From Glycera tridactyla (lineage: Eukaryota): a stretch of DNA of 64,000 nucleotides. A program made the position numbers and the translations under genes. Below the pieces are notes generated by a model. It had not been told where the DNA came from. It saw only the letters and a list, made by a program, of their open reading frames with translations, and ran no database searches. Where the stretch lies: positions 20,026,001-20,090,000 of the forward strand of contig OZ286476.1 of assembly GCA_965644265.1 (NCBI GenBank), written 5' to 3'. Positions 1 through 13,825 of the stretch are shown one piece after another. Each line of letters begins with the position of its first letter. Positions within the stretch are counted from its first letter, which is position 1.

Positions 1-694
1 TAGCCACTTCCCCAGTGAATCAGAGAAATCATTTTCCCTGGAAATATTTTACTCCAGAATTCTAGCTAAAACTTTTGTGAGTATCATGGTGTCAAACAGA
101 AAGCATCAGTGCCTTTTGGTGTGAAAACTGTCTACTCCCACCATCAATTTTCTGGATGCAGTGACTGTAATACAAGTACTGGGTGGTATAGGGGTGAATT
201 ATCAAAGTTCTGTTTCCACAGTGAATCTCATACCTTCTCATTCAATGATATGTTCCTTCCATAGAAATTATGGTTAAAACTTATATTCTGAGTGAAAGAT
301 TCGCACTCCCCTGTTGAGAGTGGGTTCAGCCATTTTACTCTCCCAGTTTTAGATTCACTTTTCCTGGGATTAGGGAGAGTGACCAAACTTGAAGACTGTC
401 ATAGGTAGGTCTGTGTTATTGAACACCAATGAGACAATCAACCAACCAATCAACCAATCAGTCTCAGCTCTATTATCTTAGACAGGTTCATTTGTATAAT
501 TGTAGGTAGGTAGAAATGTGTCAAACTGACTGCTACTTCCACTTGACTGCCTTTCTGGTTTCCCTTTATATTGTGTTTAGGGTTTGTGAGAGTGATACCT
601 GCAGTGGACAGAACATCTAACTCTCATGGATCAGGACACTTGCCATCCATAATGCTTCGAGTTGACACATGCTATCAAGCCCCAATCATCTGGC

Positions 695-895
695 CAGGGC
701 TCTACGTTGGCCAAGATATCAAACTGAAGTTGAAATTTTTGGTAGCCCATGCAAAATTTTGGTAGCCAGTCAATACATTGCCAGTTACAACCTCTCAAAT
801 TTTGGGGGCCACTGGCTTATAACTTTCAAAACATGGTAGCCAGAGGGTAAATTTGATAGCAATTGGCTACCTACAGGTAGCATTGTAAAGCCCTG
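695..895. mobile_element. hAT-like MITE (CAGGG termini) nested in a SINE-like repeat
   Basis: cagggctctac / gtaaagccctg TIRs; second copy at ~30815-31010. Confidence 0.7.
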
Positions 896-3550
896 CCGGC
901 CAACCAACCAACCAACCAACCACTGATTCATGGACTACATGACATCTAGTCCAGTACATTGTCACCCTGTGAACATGATATCAGTTCACATGGTCCCCAC
1001 TCTGCATCTTGGACATGACATGCTCTGTTAGATGAAATGACAGAACCATAATAACAGTTGCTTTTATTGACTATTCTTGCTTCTGACATGTCTTATTAAA
1101 ACTATTTCTTTGTAGAGCTCTTACACCATACTGCTCTGTTTATTGGCTGCATTTTCACTGTCATTGCTCGTTTACAACTGCTATTTACAATTCATTCTGT
1201 TTCAGCATTAGGTGCTCTCACCTATTTTCTGCTAGTTGTAGATGCTATCTTTGTTATCTTCTACATATGTAGATATAGTTGTGTATCCTGTATGGTTATT
1301 AATTATGGTGTCACAGATTACTTCTGATGTTCGTGCAGCATGTCAGTTATCACTGAACTTCTCTTGTCAGGTTGAAATTCACTTGGCTGTCTTCTTTCTG
1401 GGTCTGATTATGTTTTTTTTTTGTCTTGTGTATGCACAAAATTGGACTACAGTCAAACATATCATAAGCAGCCACACTCGGGAAGGGCAAAGGTTGGCTG
1501 CTTAGGACTGGTGAATGAATGCTTAGGGTAGGTGAGTTATAGTGAAAAATCTTCTGGTCGGTTATTCGAGTGGCTGGAGAGGCAGATGGCCACTCAGTTC
1601 AGTGGCAGCTTAGGACAGGTTAGATCTTACATAAGCATGTCATGAATAGATGCATTCATTTCATCATTAGGATGTCAGACAATATGTTTCATACTTTCTA
1701 CAGGGTATATCCTCATGAACTTTCAGCTGATTATGGCTGCAAAAACTGGCTCATGGCCACCGGATTCTTGAAATTTTCTGTAATGGAAGTGTGGCATGAA
1801 AGGGAGGTAACCCTGAATTGATCACTGATGATACTACACTTGTGGTGTGTCATAAAAGCAAGAACACTCCAATGTGATCATCATAATGATATCAACTGTC
1901 TAGTGGGATAACTTGCTCAGTCTTCTCTTAATTTCTGTGAAATATGACATGCTGGTAGTCTCTTCAGCAAGAAACTTGTCTTTAGCAACCTTTGTTCGGA
2001 ATCCCTTAGTCCTCTATGCTCAATACAGGTTCCCTATCATCATTATTTTGTATTCAAATTCTTATTCTTTTTCATTTTTGTCCCCAAAACACCCCAGTTC
2101 TTTGATTTAGATATCTTTCACTGAGTTCTGAGGTAGTTGCATCAAGAATAAACAGATAACGTTTCATTCAAATGTGTAGCAGTTTTACCGCAACTTGAAT
2201 GCCACAGGCATGTGAGTAGATCGGACCACCTCAGGAAATCTGAGGAATTTCTGTCAGGCTTGAGTGTAAACAGTTGTCAGCTACTTCCACATGACGACTG
2301 TTCTGATACCTCATAGCTTATGAGAGCAATGTCTTCTGAGGTCAGAGCGTGCAGGTTTCTCAAATCAGGAACACACTGCATACACAATTGATTGACTTAA
2401 CACATGTCACATACCTTCAATCTGGCTCAACATCATCTTGTGTTCAGGGCTTGTGAGGGTGAGGAGGATGAGTATGTAATTGCCAGGGCACACAGCGAGT
2501 TGATACATGCTGTTAACCCCAATTATTCAATCAATTGACAGTTAGTCATCCAGATGATGTGTGGTGAGATTGACGATAAAAATCTCTTGGTAATCCAAGG
2601 TTCAATGTTAAGGTTATCTGAGATGTACACATAGCCACCAAATGCAGGGCTTGGTTTGTGCACATGCAAGATCCATCCTGCTCTTTTCTTCAGGTTGATA
2701 ATCCAGTAGGGGTTGATGAGACATAGAATATAGTTAACCAATCAGGCAGTGACGTAAAACATTACTCAACCTATCAGTCAGCCATAGAACTTTAATAGCT
2801 GGGAGGAGGTACTCCAATTTGAGTTCTCCGCCATTTCTTCATAGCTCCGTCGATATTCTGAATGAAAGTTTTTTTCAGACACTTGGGGGACCAACTTGAC
2901 CTAAAAGATACCTTCTTCTTTTTGATGATGGATAAAAATCATATAGCTGATATTTTCTCTCAGCATCGCCTCTTTGACTGCTCAGTATCTCTTGCATTCC
3001 CATTCTAACCCACAGCTACTTGGCTGTCATTGCCAAGAAACTTGGATTCATTGCACATTCATGAACAAAGACCAAAGTATCCATTGTCAATTGTATATGA
3101 TTTGTCATAAATGCTATATGATCAGATAGATCCATGTACCCGATCAAATCATTGTTCCATGCTTGGCTTTTGTTATATGGTTAGCAGTTCTGCATGGTTG
3201 AAACTGAAATCTCCAATTCTAAATTTCCAGTTCACACTTCAATTTACATAGTTGTAGTTGAATGTTGCTACATCTAGGACATTCTTTTCTTTCTCATCTT
3301 CTGTTCTTTGATGGCATTTTGTATGCATGTATGTCTGTTGGGCAATAATGATGACAGCTTCTTCACATTCTGCTTCGACTTCTCTAGCGCTCATCTTTGC
3401 AGCTAGATAGACCCACAGAGCAGTTGTGTTCTGGTATCTCATTGTTTACACTGGTAATTTGGTCATCAGGTCTTATGCGTATGAAATATACATAAGTTAT
3501 TTCATGAATTCTCTGTTACTAATCATTGTTTCTCATCCCTGCCACTGCAG

Positions 3551-6500
3551 TTGAAGAAGAGTTCTTCGATGCACCAGCAGCAACTCAGGTGACTACCATG
3601 GTTGTACAGACAAAGCCACGTGAGGTGACTGAAGTAACAAAGGTTACTCAACAAGTAGGAATGGTTCCTAGTGAGATTGTCATGGAGATACCAGCACAAG
3701 AAACCAAAGTAACAACGATGGAGAAAATAAGTCGACATGTTAGAACTGTAACAATTGGGGACAAAACCATCACCCGGGTTTATGAGCAGCGGGGCGATCA
3801 GCAGCCAGAAATTGTTTCTGAAGTCATGACTCTGCCAACAGGAGAACAAGTACAGCCAGATGAAGTGACTAGAAGACTTGTCGAAGCTGAACTTCAGCTG
3901 ATTCCATCACAACCGCAGATGGTCCAGGAACAAACAACACTAATTAAGCAAGGTCAGGTCACTGAGATACAGGTCACTCCACAGCCACAACAGATTCAGG
4001 CCACTAAGGTCCGACGTGAAAGTAGAACAATGATCCTTGGTGACAGGAAGATTACAATTGTAACTGAACAGCGAGATGGACAAGAACCTGAGGTAGTATC
4101 TGAAGTGATGACCCTGCCATCTGGTGAGCAGGTTAAACCAGATGAAGTTACCATGAAAATGGTACGAGCTCAATTGCTTACTGGAACCCCAAGTATGGCC
4201 CAAGTGCAGACGACCATCCAGCAAACAGGACAGGTTGTGGAGATGGTGATTCCACCTCAGACTGAACAAGTCCAGGTCAGAGAAGTACACAGGGAAAGTA
4301 GAACCATTCACATAGGAGGAAAAACAATAACTCAGGTTATTGAACAGAGAGATGGTCAGGAACCAGAAGTGGTATCAGAAGTTATGACTTTGCCAACTGG
4401 CGAGCAAGTCAAGCCGGATGAGATCACCAAACAACTTCTACAAGCACAACTGAAAACAGGACCTCAGACTTTGGTGCAGGAACAGGTTACAGTCATGCAA
4501 ACGGGACATGTAGCTGAAGGTCTTAAGATGCCAGAACCTGAGCAGGTACAAGTGTCAAAGGTGCGTAGAGAGAGCCGAACAATTGTTATTGGTGATAAAC
4601 AACTCTCACAGATCTTGGAGCAGAAAAGCGGGCAAGAGCCTGAGGTTGTAGCTGAAGTGATGACATTGCCAACCGGTGAACAGGTGAAACCAGATGCAGT
4701 TACTCTCGAACTTGTTAAGGCTCAGTTTGGTGTCACTCCACAAATGTTGACCCAGGAAATACCCTCGAAAGAAGCTCCTGAGAAAGTTACTGAAGTGCTG
4801 ATCATGCCACCGAGTGAGGAAGTCAGGGTTTCAAAGATTCGTAGGGAGAGTAGGACAGTTATGATAGGTGATAAACAACTTACACAGATTATTGAGCAGC
4901 GTGGACAGCAAGAACCAGAAATAATATCAGAATTTGTCACATTACCTACTGGTGAGGAGGTCAAACCAGATACAGTGACCAAGAAATTGGCCAAGGCTGT
5001 TCTGGGACCTTCTCCCAAAATGATGAGTACTACACAGGTAGCACTTCAGCCTACAGAGCAGGTAACTGGTATGGTCATTGAACCCCAGGGTGAGGAAGTT
5101 ATTGTATCAAAGGTCCGTAGAGAAAGTAGAACACTCAAAATTGGTGACAAACAAATTCAGCTTGTCCTCGAACAGCGAGGTGATGCAAAGCCAGAAGTGG
5201 TGTCAGAGGTCATGACATTACCAACTGGTGAGGTGGTTAAAACAGATGAGGTGACTCATCAGTTAATCTTAGCCCAGTTTGGACCTGGCCCTGAAATGTT
5301 AGTTCAAGAACAGAAGGAAGAAGTCCAGCCTGAACAGATAACAGCAGTTTCAGTTCAAGTTTCACCTCCAACGCAGATTGCCAGAGGTGTCAAGGTTCAC
5401 AAGGAGACTAGAACAATCCAGATAGGTGATAAAGTAGTCACCCAAGTCGTTGAGCAGAAAGGTGATCGTCAGCCAGATATAGTTTCAGAATTTGTAACTT
5501 TACCATCAGGTGAACAGGTGAAACCAGATGAGGTCATACAGAAGCTTGTAAGAACTCATTTCCAGTCATCACCTGAGATGATGGTCAAGGAGCAAACATC
5601 AGAGGTTGGCCCAGAACAGATCACTAGTATTGTGGTCTGCCCTGAAGGTGAAGAAGTGCAGATGACTCGTGTCCGCAGGGAAAGCAGAACCCTTAGCATT
5701 GGTAACAAGAAAATTGTCCAAGTTATTGAACAGCGAGAGAACCGTACTCCTGAAGTTGTCTCTGAGGTGGTAACATTGCCTACTGGAGAGAATATCAAGC
5801 CAGACGAAGTCACTACCCAATTGATCAGGGCCCAGATAGCACCACAAGTAGTTGTGAAAGAGCAGCCTTTTGATCAGACTCCAGTCACAGAAATTAAGGT
5901 GACACCACAGCCGCCAAAGCGCATGGCAGGTAAAAAGATCAGTAGGGAAACCAGGACTGTAATTCTGGGAGACAAAACACTGACACAGATAGTCGAGGAG
6001 AAAGAAGGTCAGCAACCCACAATCATATCAACTGTGGTCACCTTGCCCAATGGCAAGGAAGTAAAACCAGATAAGTCAACAATGGAAATGTTTGAGACTC
6101 AGTTGAAGAAGCAGACAACCATGGTCCTTGAGACCAAGCCAACAAAGGTTCCTGCCCCCAAAGACAAAATCTCTGAAGTAACAATTGTTCCAAAAGGAGA
6201 ACATACAGTTGCTGAAACAGTTCACAAAGAAACTAAAACAATTACTCTCGGTAATAAAACTGTTACTCAGGTGATTGAGAAGCGTGATCAAAGAGAACCA
6301 GAAGTTGTTTCCACTGTAGTCACTTTGCCCTCAGGTGAACAGGTACAGCCTGACGAGGAAACAATGAAAGTGATCAAAATGCAACTCCCACAACAACCGA
6401 TGGTCTTGGAGCCACTCATTCCAGAGAAAGTCACTGAGATTGTTATTCAGGCAACACCAGAGGAAGTTAAACCTGTAACTGTCCATAGGGAAACTAGGAC

Positions 6501-9500
6501 ACTTGTGATTGGTGATAAAGTAGTTAAGCAGGTTCTTGAACAAAAAGGTGATCAAGCCCCTGAAGTAGTGTCTTTGCTAATGCAGTTGCCTAGTGGAGAA
6601 CAGGTCCAGCCTGATGAGGCAACTATGCAAATGCTATCAGCACAGATTAGCGCAGTCCCACAGATGATGGTTAAAGAACAGCCAACTGAATTAATCCCAG
6701 ACAAAGTTACCGAGGTTGTTTTTGCTACTGCTGAACCGAAGCAAGTTCGCGGTGCAACAGTGAAACGTGAGACTCGTACTGTAACCATCGGTGACAAGGT
6801 TGTTACCCAGGTTCTTGAACAGAAAGGAACTGAGCAGCCAAAGCTTGTCTCCGAAATTGTGACACTCCCGTCAGGTGAGAAAGTGAAACCTGATGAAGTT
6901 ACAAAACAACTTTTGGAGGCACAATTTACAATTGGTCCTCAGATGATGGTGCGAGAGCAGAAGGCTGATGTGGCACCTCAGAAGATCACTGCAATTGTTG
7001 CTATACCTGAAGGAGAGCAAGTGCAGGTATCAAAAGTTCGCAGGGAAAGTCGAACAGTGACCATTGGTGAAAAGAAGCTCACCCAGGTGATTGAGCAGAA
7101 GGCTGAGAAAGAACCAGAAATTGTTTCAGAGTATGTGACTCTTCCATCTGGTGTGCAAGTCAAACCAGATAAGGTTTTGAAAGAACTTGTTCAGGCACAG
7201 GTTGGTACCACTCCACAAATGATGGTGCATGAGCAGCCAGAAGATATACCAGAGAAGGTCACCTCTGTCAAGGTCAAACCTATGGTTAAACGTGTTGCTG
7301 GCAAGAAAGTTCGCTCTGAAACTCGCACTGTAGTTATTGGAGATAAGACCATAACCCAAGTGGTTGAGCAGAGGGAAGGGCAAGAACCTGTCATTTCATC
7401 AACTACTGTTACACTCCCAGATGGCAAGAAAGCTAAACCAGACAAAGCCACGATGGAAGTATTTGAAGCCACAGTTAAACTACAGCCAACAATGCTCGTA
7501 CAGGAGGAGCCCAAGTTGGTCAAAACGCCAAAAGACAAAATATCAGAGATTGTGGTTGAGCCTAAAGGTGAGCAAGTAAGCATGGAGAAAGTCCACAGAG
7601 AAAGCAGGAAGATTACTCTTGGTGGTAAGACCATAATACAGGTTATAGAGCAGAGGGGGGATACAGCCCCAGAGGTCGTTTCTGAAGCGGTGCTCCTGCC
7701 CAGTGGCGAGCAGGCAAAACCAGACAAAGCAACTTTGAAGATGTTGCATGCCCAACTCCAAGAACAACCAGAGTTGACTGTGCATGAGTTAGTTCCAGAA
7801 GAAATATCGCAGGTCAAAGTTTCAATGCCCCAGTTTGAGCAGGTGAAAGGTGTGACAATGAGACGTGAAACTAGGACAGTGACAGTTGGAGATAAAACTA
7901 TCACTATGGTAATTGAGCAGAAGGGAGATCAGCAACCTGAAGTTGTCTCAGAATTTATGACATTGCCCTCAGGGGAAAAGGTAAAACCTGATCAAGTCAC
8001 AATGCAAATGCTCAAGGCTCAAATGACCCGTCAACCTGTGATGACACAGGAGCAAGTTGCTGCCATGCCAGCAGGTCAGCTGAGTGAAATCATCATCTCC
8101 CCAGAGCCAGAGACAATCCAGCCTCAGAGGACACGCAGAGAATCCAGGACCATTGTCATTGGTGACAAGACAGTGTCTCAGGTTATCGAACAGAGAGATG
8201 ATCGCCAACCTGAGATAGTTTCTGAGGTAGTGACTCTGCCCATGGGTGAACAGGTTAAACCAGATGAGGTGATAATCAATGTTCTAGAAGCACAGAAGCT
8301 TCGAGAACCAAAAATGATGGTGCCAGAACAAATGCTGCAGGTTTCACCAGAAGGTGTGGCTGAGTTAGTATTCCACCCACAGCCAGAACAGGTTAGTGTG
8401 CAGAAGATCCGGAAGGAGAGTCGTACAGTTACCATTGGTGACAAGACACTCACACAGGTTATTCAACAGACAGGTGACCAGGCTCCAGAAGTCGTCTCTG
8501 AAATATTGACTTTGCCAACAGGAGAGCAAGTTCAGCCAGATGAAACAACTAAACAAGTTCTGGAAGCCAGTATCAAAATGGCTCCACAGCTGATGGTGCA
8601 GGAGCAGGCCACTGTTTCTGAACCAGAAAAAATCACTGGTATCCTTGTAGCTCCTGAACCAGAAGAAGTCAAAGTGTCCAAAATTCGTAGAGAGAGTAGA
8701 ACTTTGACAATTGGAGATAAGAGAATCTCCCAGGTCATTGAACAAATGGATGAACGCCAGCCTGAAATTGTAGAGGAATTTGTGACACTTCCATCAGGCG
8801 AACATGTAAAGCCAGATGAAGTGACTAGAAAATTAGTTCAAGCACAGATGGGTGAAGTTCCTGAAATTATGGTTCTGGAACAGCCTGCTAACAAAGATCA
8901 GGTTAGTGAAGTTGTTGTCATACCACAAGTCAAACGCATAGCTGGTAAGAAAGTCCGCAAAGAAGTCAAGACAATTATGATTGGTGATAAGACGGTCACT
9001 GTGACAGTTGAGCAGAAAGAGAAACAGGAACCCCAAATCCTGAATGTGGTTGTCAAGTTGCCGAATGGTAAAGAGGTAAAGCCAGATAAGGAGTTGTTAG
9101 AAATTCTTGAGTCGCAGATAAAGTTGGAACCTAAAATGCTCATCAAAGAGCAGCCAACTATTAAACCATCTGAAAAAATCACAGAGATGATATTCGCTCC
9201 AGAGGAACCTCGAACACAGACTGTTAAGGTTCGTAAGGAGAGCAGAACTATCACCATGGGTGGTAAAACTATCAAGCAAGTCATCGAGAAGGTTGGTGAT
9301 GGGGAACCAGAGGTTGTCACTGAAATTGTGACTCTGCCAACTGGTGAAGTTGTCCAACCAGATGAATCTGTGAAGCAGATTCTACTGGCACAGATCAACC
9401 TGAAGCCAGAGATGATTGTTGAAGAGGAGCCTGTTCCAGAGCCTGAGCAAGTGACTGGTGTATCTGTCAGTTCTGAGACAAAGACTGTCAAGGGGCTGAA

Positions 9501-12500
9501 GGTTAAGAGAGAAACAAAAACTATCCGTGTGGGTGATAAGATCATCACCCAGGTCATTGAGCAGAAAGGTAGGAAGAAACCTGAGGTGGTATCATGTATA
9601 TTGACACTACCTTCAGGAGAACAGGTGGAGCCTGATGAAGCTACACTGAAGATAGTTGAATTCCATCTCAAGCCTGAATTCACACCGGAACAGATTTCTG
9701 AAATCAAATATGTGCCTACTGAAGAGGTTCAGGTCAAGAAAGTCCGCAGGGAGAGTAGGACGGTTGTCGTTGGTGACAAGAAAGTAACTCAAGTTATAGA
9801 ACAATCTGATGATCAAGAGCCACAGGTCGTCTCAGAGATTATGACCCTCCCAACAGGCGAAACTGTGAAGCCTGATGAGATTACAAAGAAAGTGGTTGAG
9901 GCACAGTTGAAGCAACAGCCACAGCTTAAAGCTGCAGAGCAAGTTGCACCTGGCTTTGAACAAATCACTGGAATCTCGTTTGCACCAATTACAGAAGAAG
10001 TCAAGGTTGAGAAAACCAAAGTGAGTAAACAGACCAAGAGTTTTACCATTGGGGATCAAACATTGACACAGGTCATTGAACAAGTAGGAAATGGACCAGC
10101 TGAGGTTGTTTCCGAAGTTGTAACTTTGCCATCTGGAGAGCAGGTTGTTCCGGATAAGATCATGCTTGAAATGTTCCATGCACAAATGCAGCAGGAACCT
10201 CAGCTGAGAGTTCAGGAACAGACCACAGTTTTGGCCCCAGGACAAGTCCAAGAGATAATTATACCACAGCCAGAGCAGGTTGGTGTTGGACAGATTCGAA
10301 GAGAAACCAAATCGGTGACTATTGGTGATAAGACCATTACTAGAGTAATTGAACAGAAAGGTGACAAAGAGCCAGAGATCATTTCTGAGATTATGACTCT
10401 GCCTACAGGTCAAGTTGTTGAGCCTGATGAGGTGACTCGTAGACTTGCTGAGGCTGAATTCAGGGAACCACAGATGATGGTTCAAGAACAAACAACTGTT
10501 CTCCAGCCAGACCAGGTTCAGGAGATCTCCATCATGCCGATTGAGCAACAGGTCCAGGCTGGTCAAGTTCGCCAAGAGACCAAGTCTGTAACAATTGGAG
10601 ATAAAACTGTTACACAGGTGATAGAACAGAGAGATGGTAGGGAGCCAGAGGTTATTTCGGAGGTCTTCACACTTCCAAGTGGTGAACAGATAGTACCTGA
10701 TGAGGTGACAAAACAAATGTTCCATGCAATGCTGAAAGGTGAACCACAAACCATGGTTCAAGAACAGATGACAATGTTCGCCCCAGGACAGGTGCAGGAA
10801 ATAATTGCACTACCCAGAGAAGAGCAAGTTCAAGTTGGCCAAGTACGACAGGAAACTAGGTCAGTGACTTTTGGCGATAAAACTGTCACTCAGGTAATCG
10901 AGCAGAGGGAGGGGAAAGAACCAGAAGTAGTGTCAGAAGTGTATACACTGCCGACAGGTGAACAGATTGTCCCCGATGAGGTAACAAAGCAGACCTTCAA
11001 GGCTATCTTGAGTGGTGAGCAGCCACAGATGTTAGCTCAAGAACAGACAACTGTTCTTGCTCCCGGTCAAGTGCAGGAGATTGTCATGATGCCTCAAGAG
11101 GAACAGGTACAGGTTGGCCAAGTGCGCCAAGAGACCAGATCCATAACTCTTGGAGACAAAACCATCACTCAGGTGATTGAACAGAGAGACGGTAGAGAGC
11201 CTGAAGTAGTATCAGAAGTATTCACTCTTCCAACTGGTGAACAAATTGTTCCTGATGAGGTCACAAAACAGACTTTGAAGGCAGTTATTAGTGGTGAGCA
11301 GCCACAGATGTTAGCTCAAGAACAGACAACTGTTCTTGCTCCCGGTCAAGTGCAGGAGATAGTCATGATGCCTCAAGAGGAACAGGTACAGGTTGGCCAA
11401 GTGCGCCAAGAGACCAGATCCGTAACTCTTGGGGACAAGACTATCACTCAGGTGATTGAACAGAGAGACGGTAGAGAGCCTGAAGTAGTATCAGAAGTAT
11501 TCACTCTTCCAACTGGTGAACAAATTGTTCCTGATGAGGTCACAAAACAGACTTTGAAGGCAGTTATTAGTGGTGAGCAGCCTCAGATGTTAGCTCAAGA
11601 ACAGACAACTGTTCTTGCTCCAGGTCAAGTGCAGGAGATAGTCATGATGCCTCAGGAGGAACAGGTACAGGTTGGCCAAGTGCGCCAAGAGACCAGATCT
11701 GTAACTCTTGGAGACAAAACTATCACTCAGGTGATTGAACAGAGAGATGGTAGAGAGCCTGAAGTAGTATCAGAAGTATTCACTCTCCCAACTGGTGAAC
11801 AAATTGTTCCTGATGAGGTCACAAAACAGACTTTGAAGGCAGTTATTAGTGGTGAGCAGCCACAGATGTTAGCTCAAGAACAGACAACTGTTCTTGCTCC
11901 CGGTCAAGTGCAGGAGATAGTCATGATGCCTCAGGAGGAACAGGTACAGGTTGGCCAAGTGCGCCAAGAGACCAGATCTGTAACTCTTGGAGACAAAACT
12001 ATCACTCAGGTGATTGAACAGAGAGATGGTAGAGAGCCTGAAGTAGTATCAGAAGTATTCACTCTTCCAACTGGTGAACAAATTGTTCCTGATGAGGTCA
12101 CAAAACAGACTTTGAAGGCAGTTATTAGTGGTGAGCACCCACAGATGTTAGCTCAAGAACAGACAACTGTTCTTGCTCCCGGTCAAGTGCAGGAGATCGT
12201 CATGATGCCTCAAGAGGAACAGGTACAGGTTGGCCAAGTGCGCCAAGAGACCAGATCAGTAACTCTTGGGGACAAGACTATCACTCAGGTGATTGAACAG
12301 AGAGACGGTAGAGAGCCTGAAGTAGTATCAGAAGTATTCACTCTCCCAACTGGTGAACAAATTGTTCCTGATGAGGTCACAAAACAGACGTTGAAGGCAG
12401 TTATCAGTGGTGAGCAGCCTCAGATGTTAGCTCAAGAACAGACAACTGTTCTTGCTCCAGGTCAAGTGCAGGAGATTGTCATGATGCCTCAAGAGGAACA

Positions 12501-13825
12501 GGTACAGGTTGGCCAAGTGCGCCAAGAGACCAGATCCGTAACTCTTGGGGACAAAACCATCACTCAGGTGATTGAACAGAGAGACGGTAGAGAGCCTGAA
12601 GTAGTATCAGAAGTATTCACTCTTCCAACTGGTGAACAAATTGTTCCTGATGAGGTCACAAAACAGACTTTGAAGGCAGTTATTAGTGGTGAGCAGCCAC
12701 AGATGTTGGCTCAAGAACAGACTACAGTTCTCGCCCCTGGTCAAATTCAGGAGATGGTCCTGATGCCACAAGAGGAGCAAGTCCAGATCGGCCAAGTGCG
12801 TCAGGAAACCAGGTCAGTTACTATTGGTGATAAGACTATGACTCAGGTTATTGAACAAAGGGAGGGCAGAGAGCCTGAAGTTATTTCCGAAGTTCTCACT
12901 CTCCCGACTGGTGAACAAATCCAGCCTGATGAGGTAACTAAACACATGTTTGAGGCACAGCTTAGAGGGGAACCACAGATGATGGTACAGGAGCAGGTGA
13001 CTACACTTGCCCCTGGTCAGGTTCAGGAAATGGTCATTGCACCTCAGGAGCAACAGGTATCACCTTTCCAGATCACTACTGAGATCCAACAAGCATCTAC
13101 GAGTCAACTTCCTACTGAAGTACATGAGCAATTGACCCCCCAGTCTGTAGAGGTCATCACAGAGGGTCTTGTTCCAGTTGCCCCAGAGCAAGTTGCACCA
13201 AGTCAAATAACTGTGGATACTACCCATGCAGGTGTAACTCTTCCACAGCCTGCTCAAGTGTATGAACAGGTCAGTCAAATGCCAACTGAAATGGCCACAC
13301 CTGAAGAAGAATTTCATGATGCACCTGAAAAGATGGCTCCTTCCACAGTACCTACAGAGACAATTGTTGCAGTCACACAGCAGCCACAAATTACTCAGAT
13401 TGGTGAGCAACCCGTGATTGATCAGCCCAAGGAAGTGATAACTGAGCAGGCACCACTTCAGCCAGAAGGTATACAGCCACAGGAAGTAGTTGCTCCCGCT
13501 GCTCAGCCACAGCCCCAAGTCACAGAACAAGTTGTTCTTAAGAAGGAACCAGTACCTGAACAACCAAAGCAAGAAGTCATGGAAGATGTCTCCATGATCA
13601 TTCAACAGCCTGTACAACCGCAGCAGGTGATGGAGGAAGTCTCCATGGTCATGGCACCAGAACAACCTCAACCAACACAAGTTACTGAAGATGTCACCAT
13701 GCAAGTAGTGCAGCAGCCGACAGAAGTAACCCAAGATGTGAGCATGATGATTCAACAAGAACAGAAGCCTCTTGATGTTATCGACTCGGCACAGATGACA
13801 GTGTTGACTCCACAGCAGCAGCAAG
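3551..13825 (+). CDS. Giant internal exon (10,275 nt, phase 1-1) encoding a ~90-aa repeat array
   Basis: 3446-aa ORF; TACTAAT branch-like motif 3517-3523; acceptor ctgcag|TT at 3550/3551; donor CAAG|gtatct at 13825/13826; length divisible by 3. Confidence 0.93.

Noticed and set aside
2523-3480. Possible decayed transposon coding sequence on the minus strand (also 14740-15300, 20230-21200)
   Set aside because: No RT, integrase or transposase motif recognisable by eye; needs a translated search.
3551-13825. Labelling the giant exon as PEVK
   Set aside because: Ordered periodic core with G/T/R/I conservation; not a P/E/V/K low-complexity tract.
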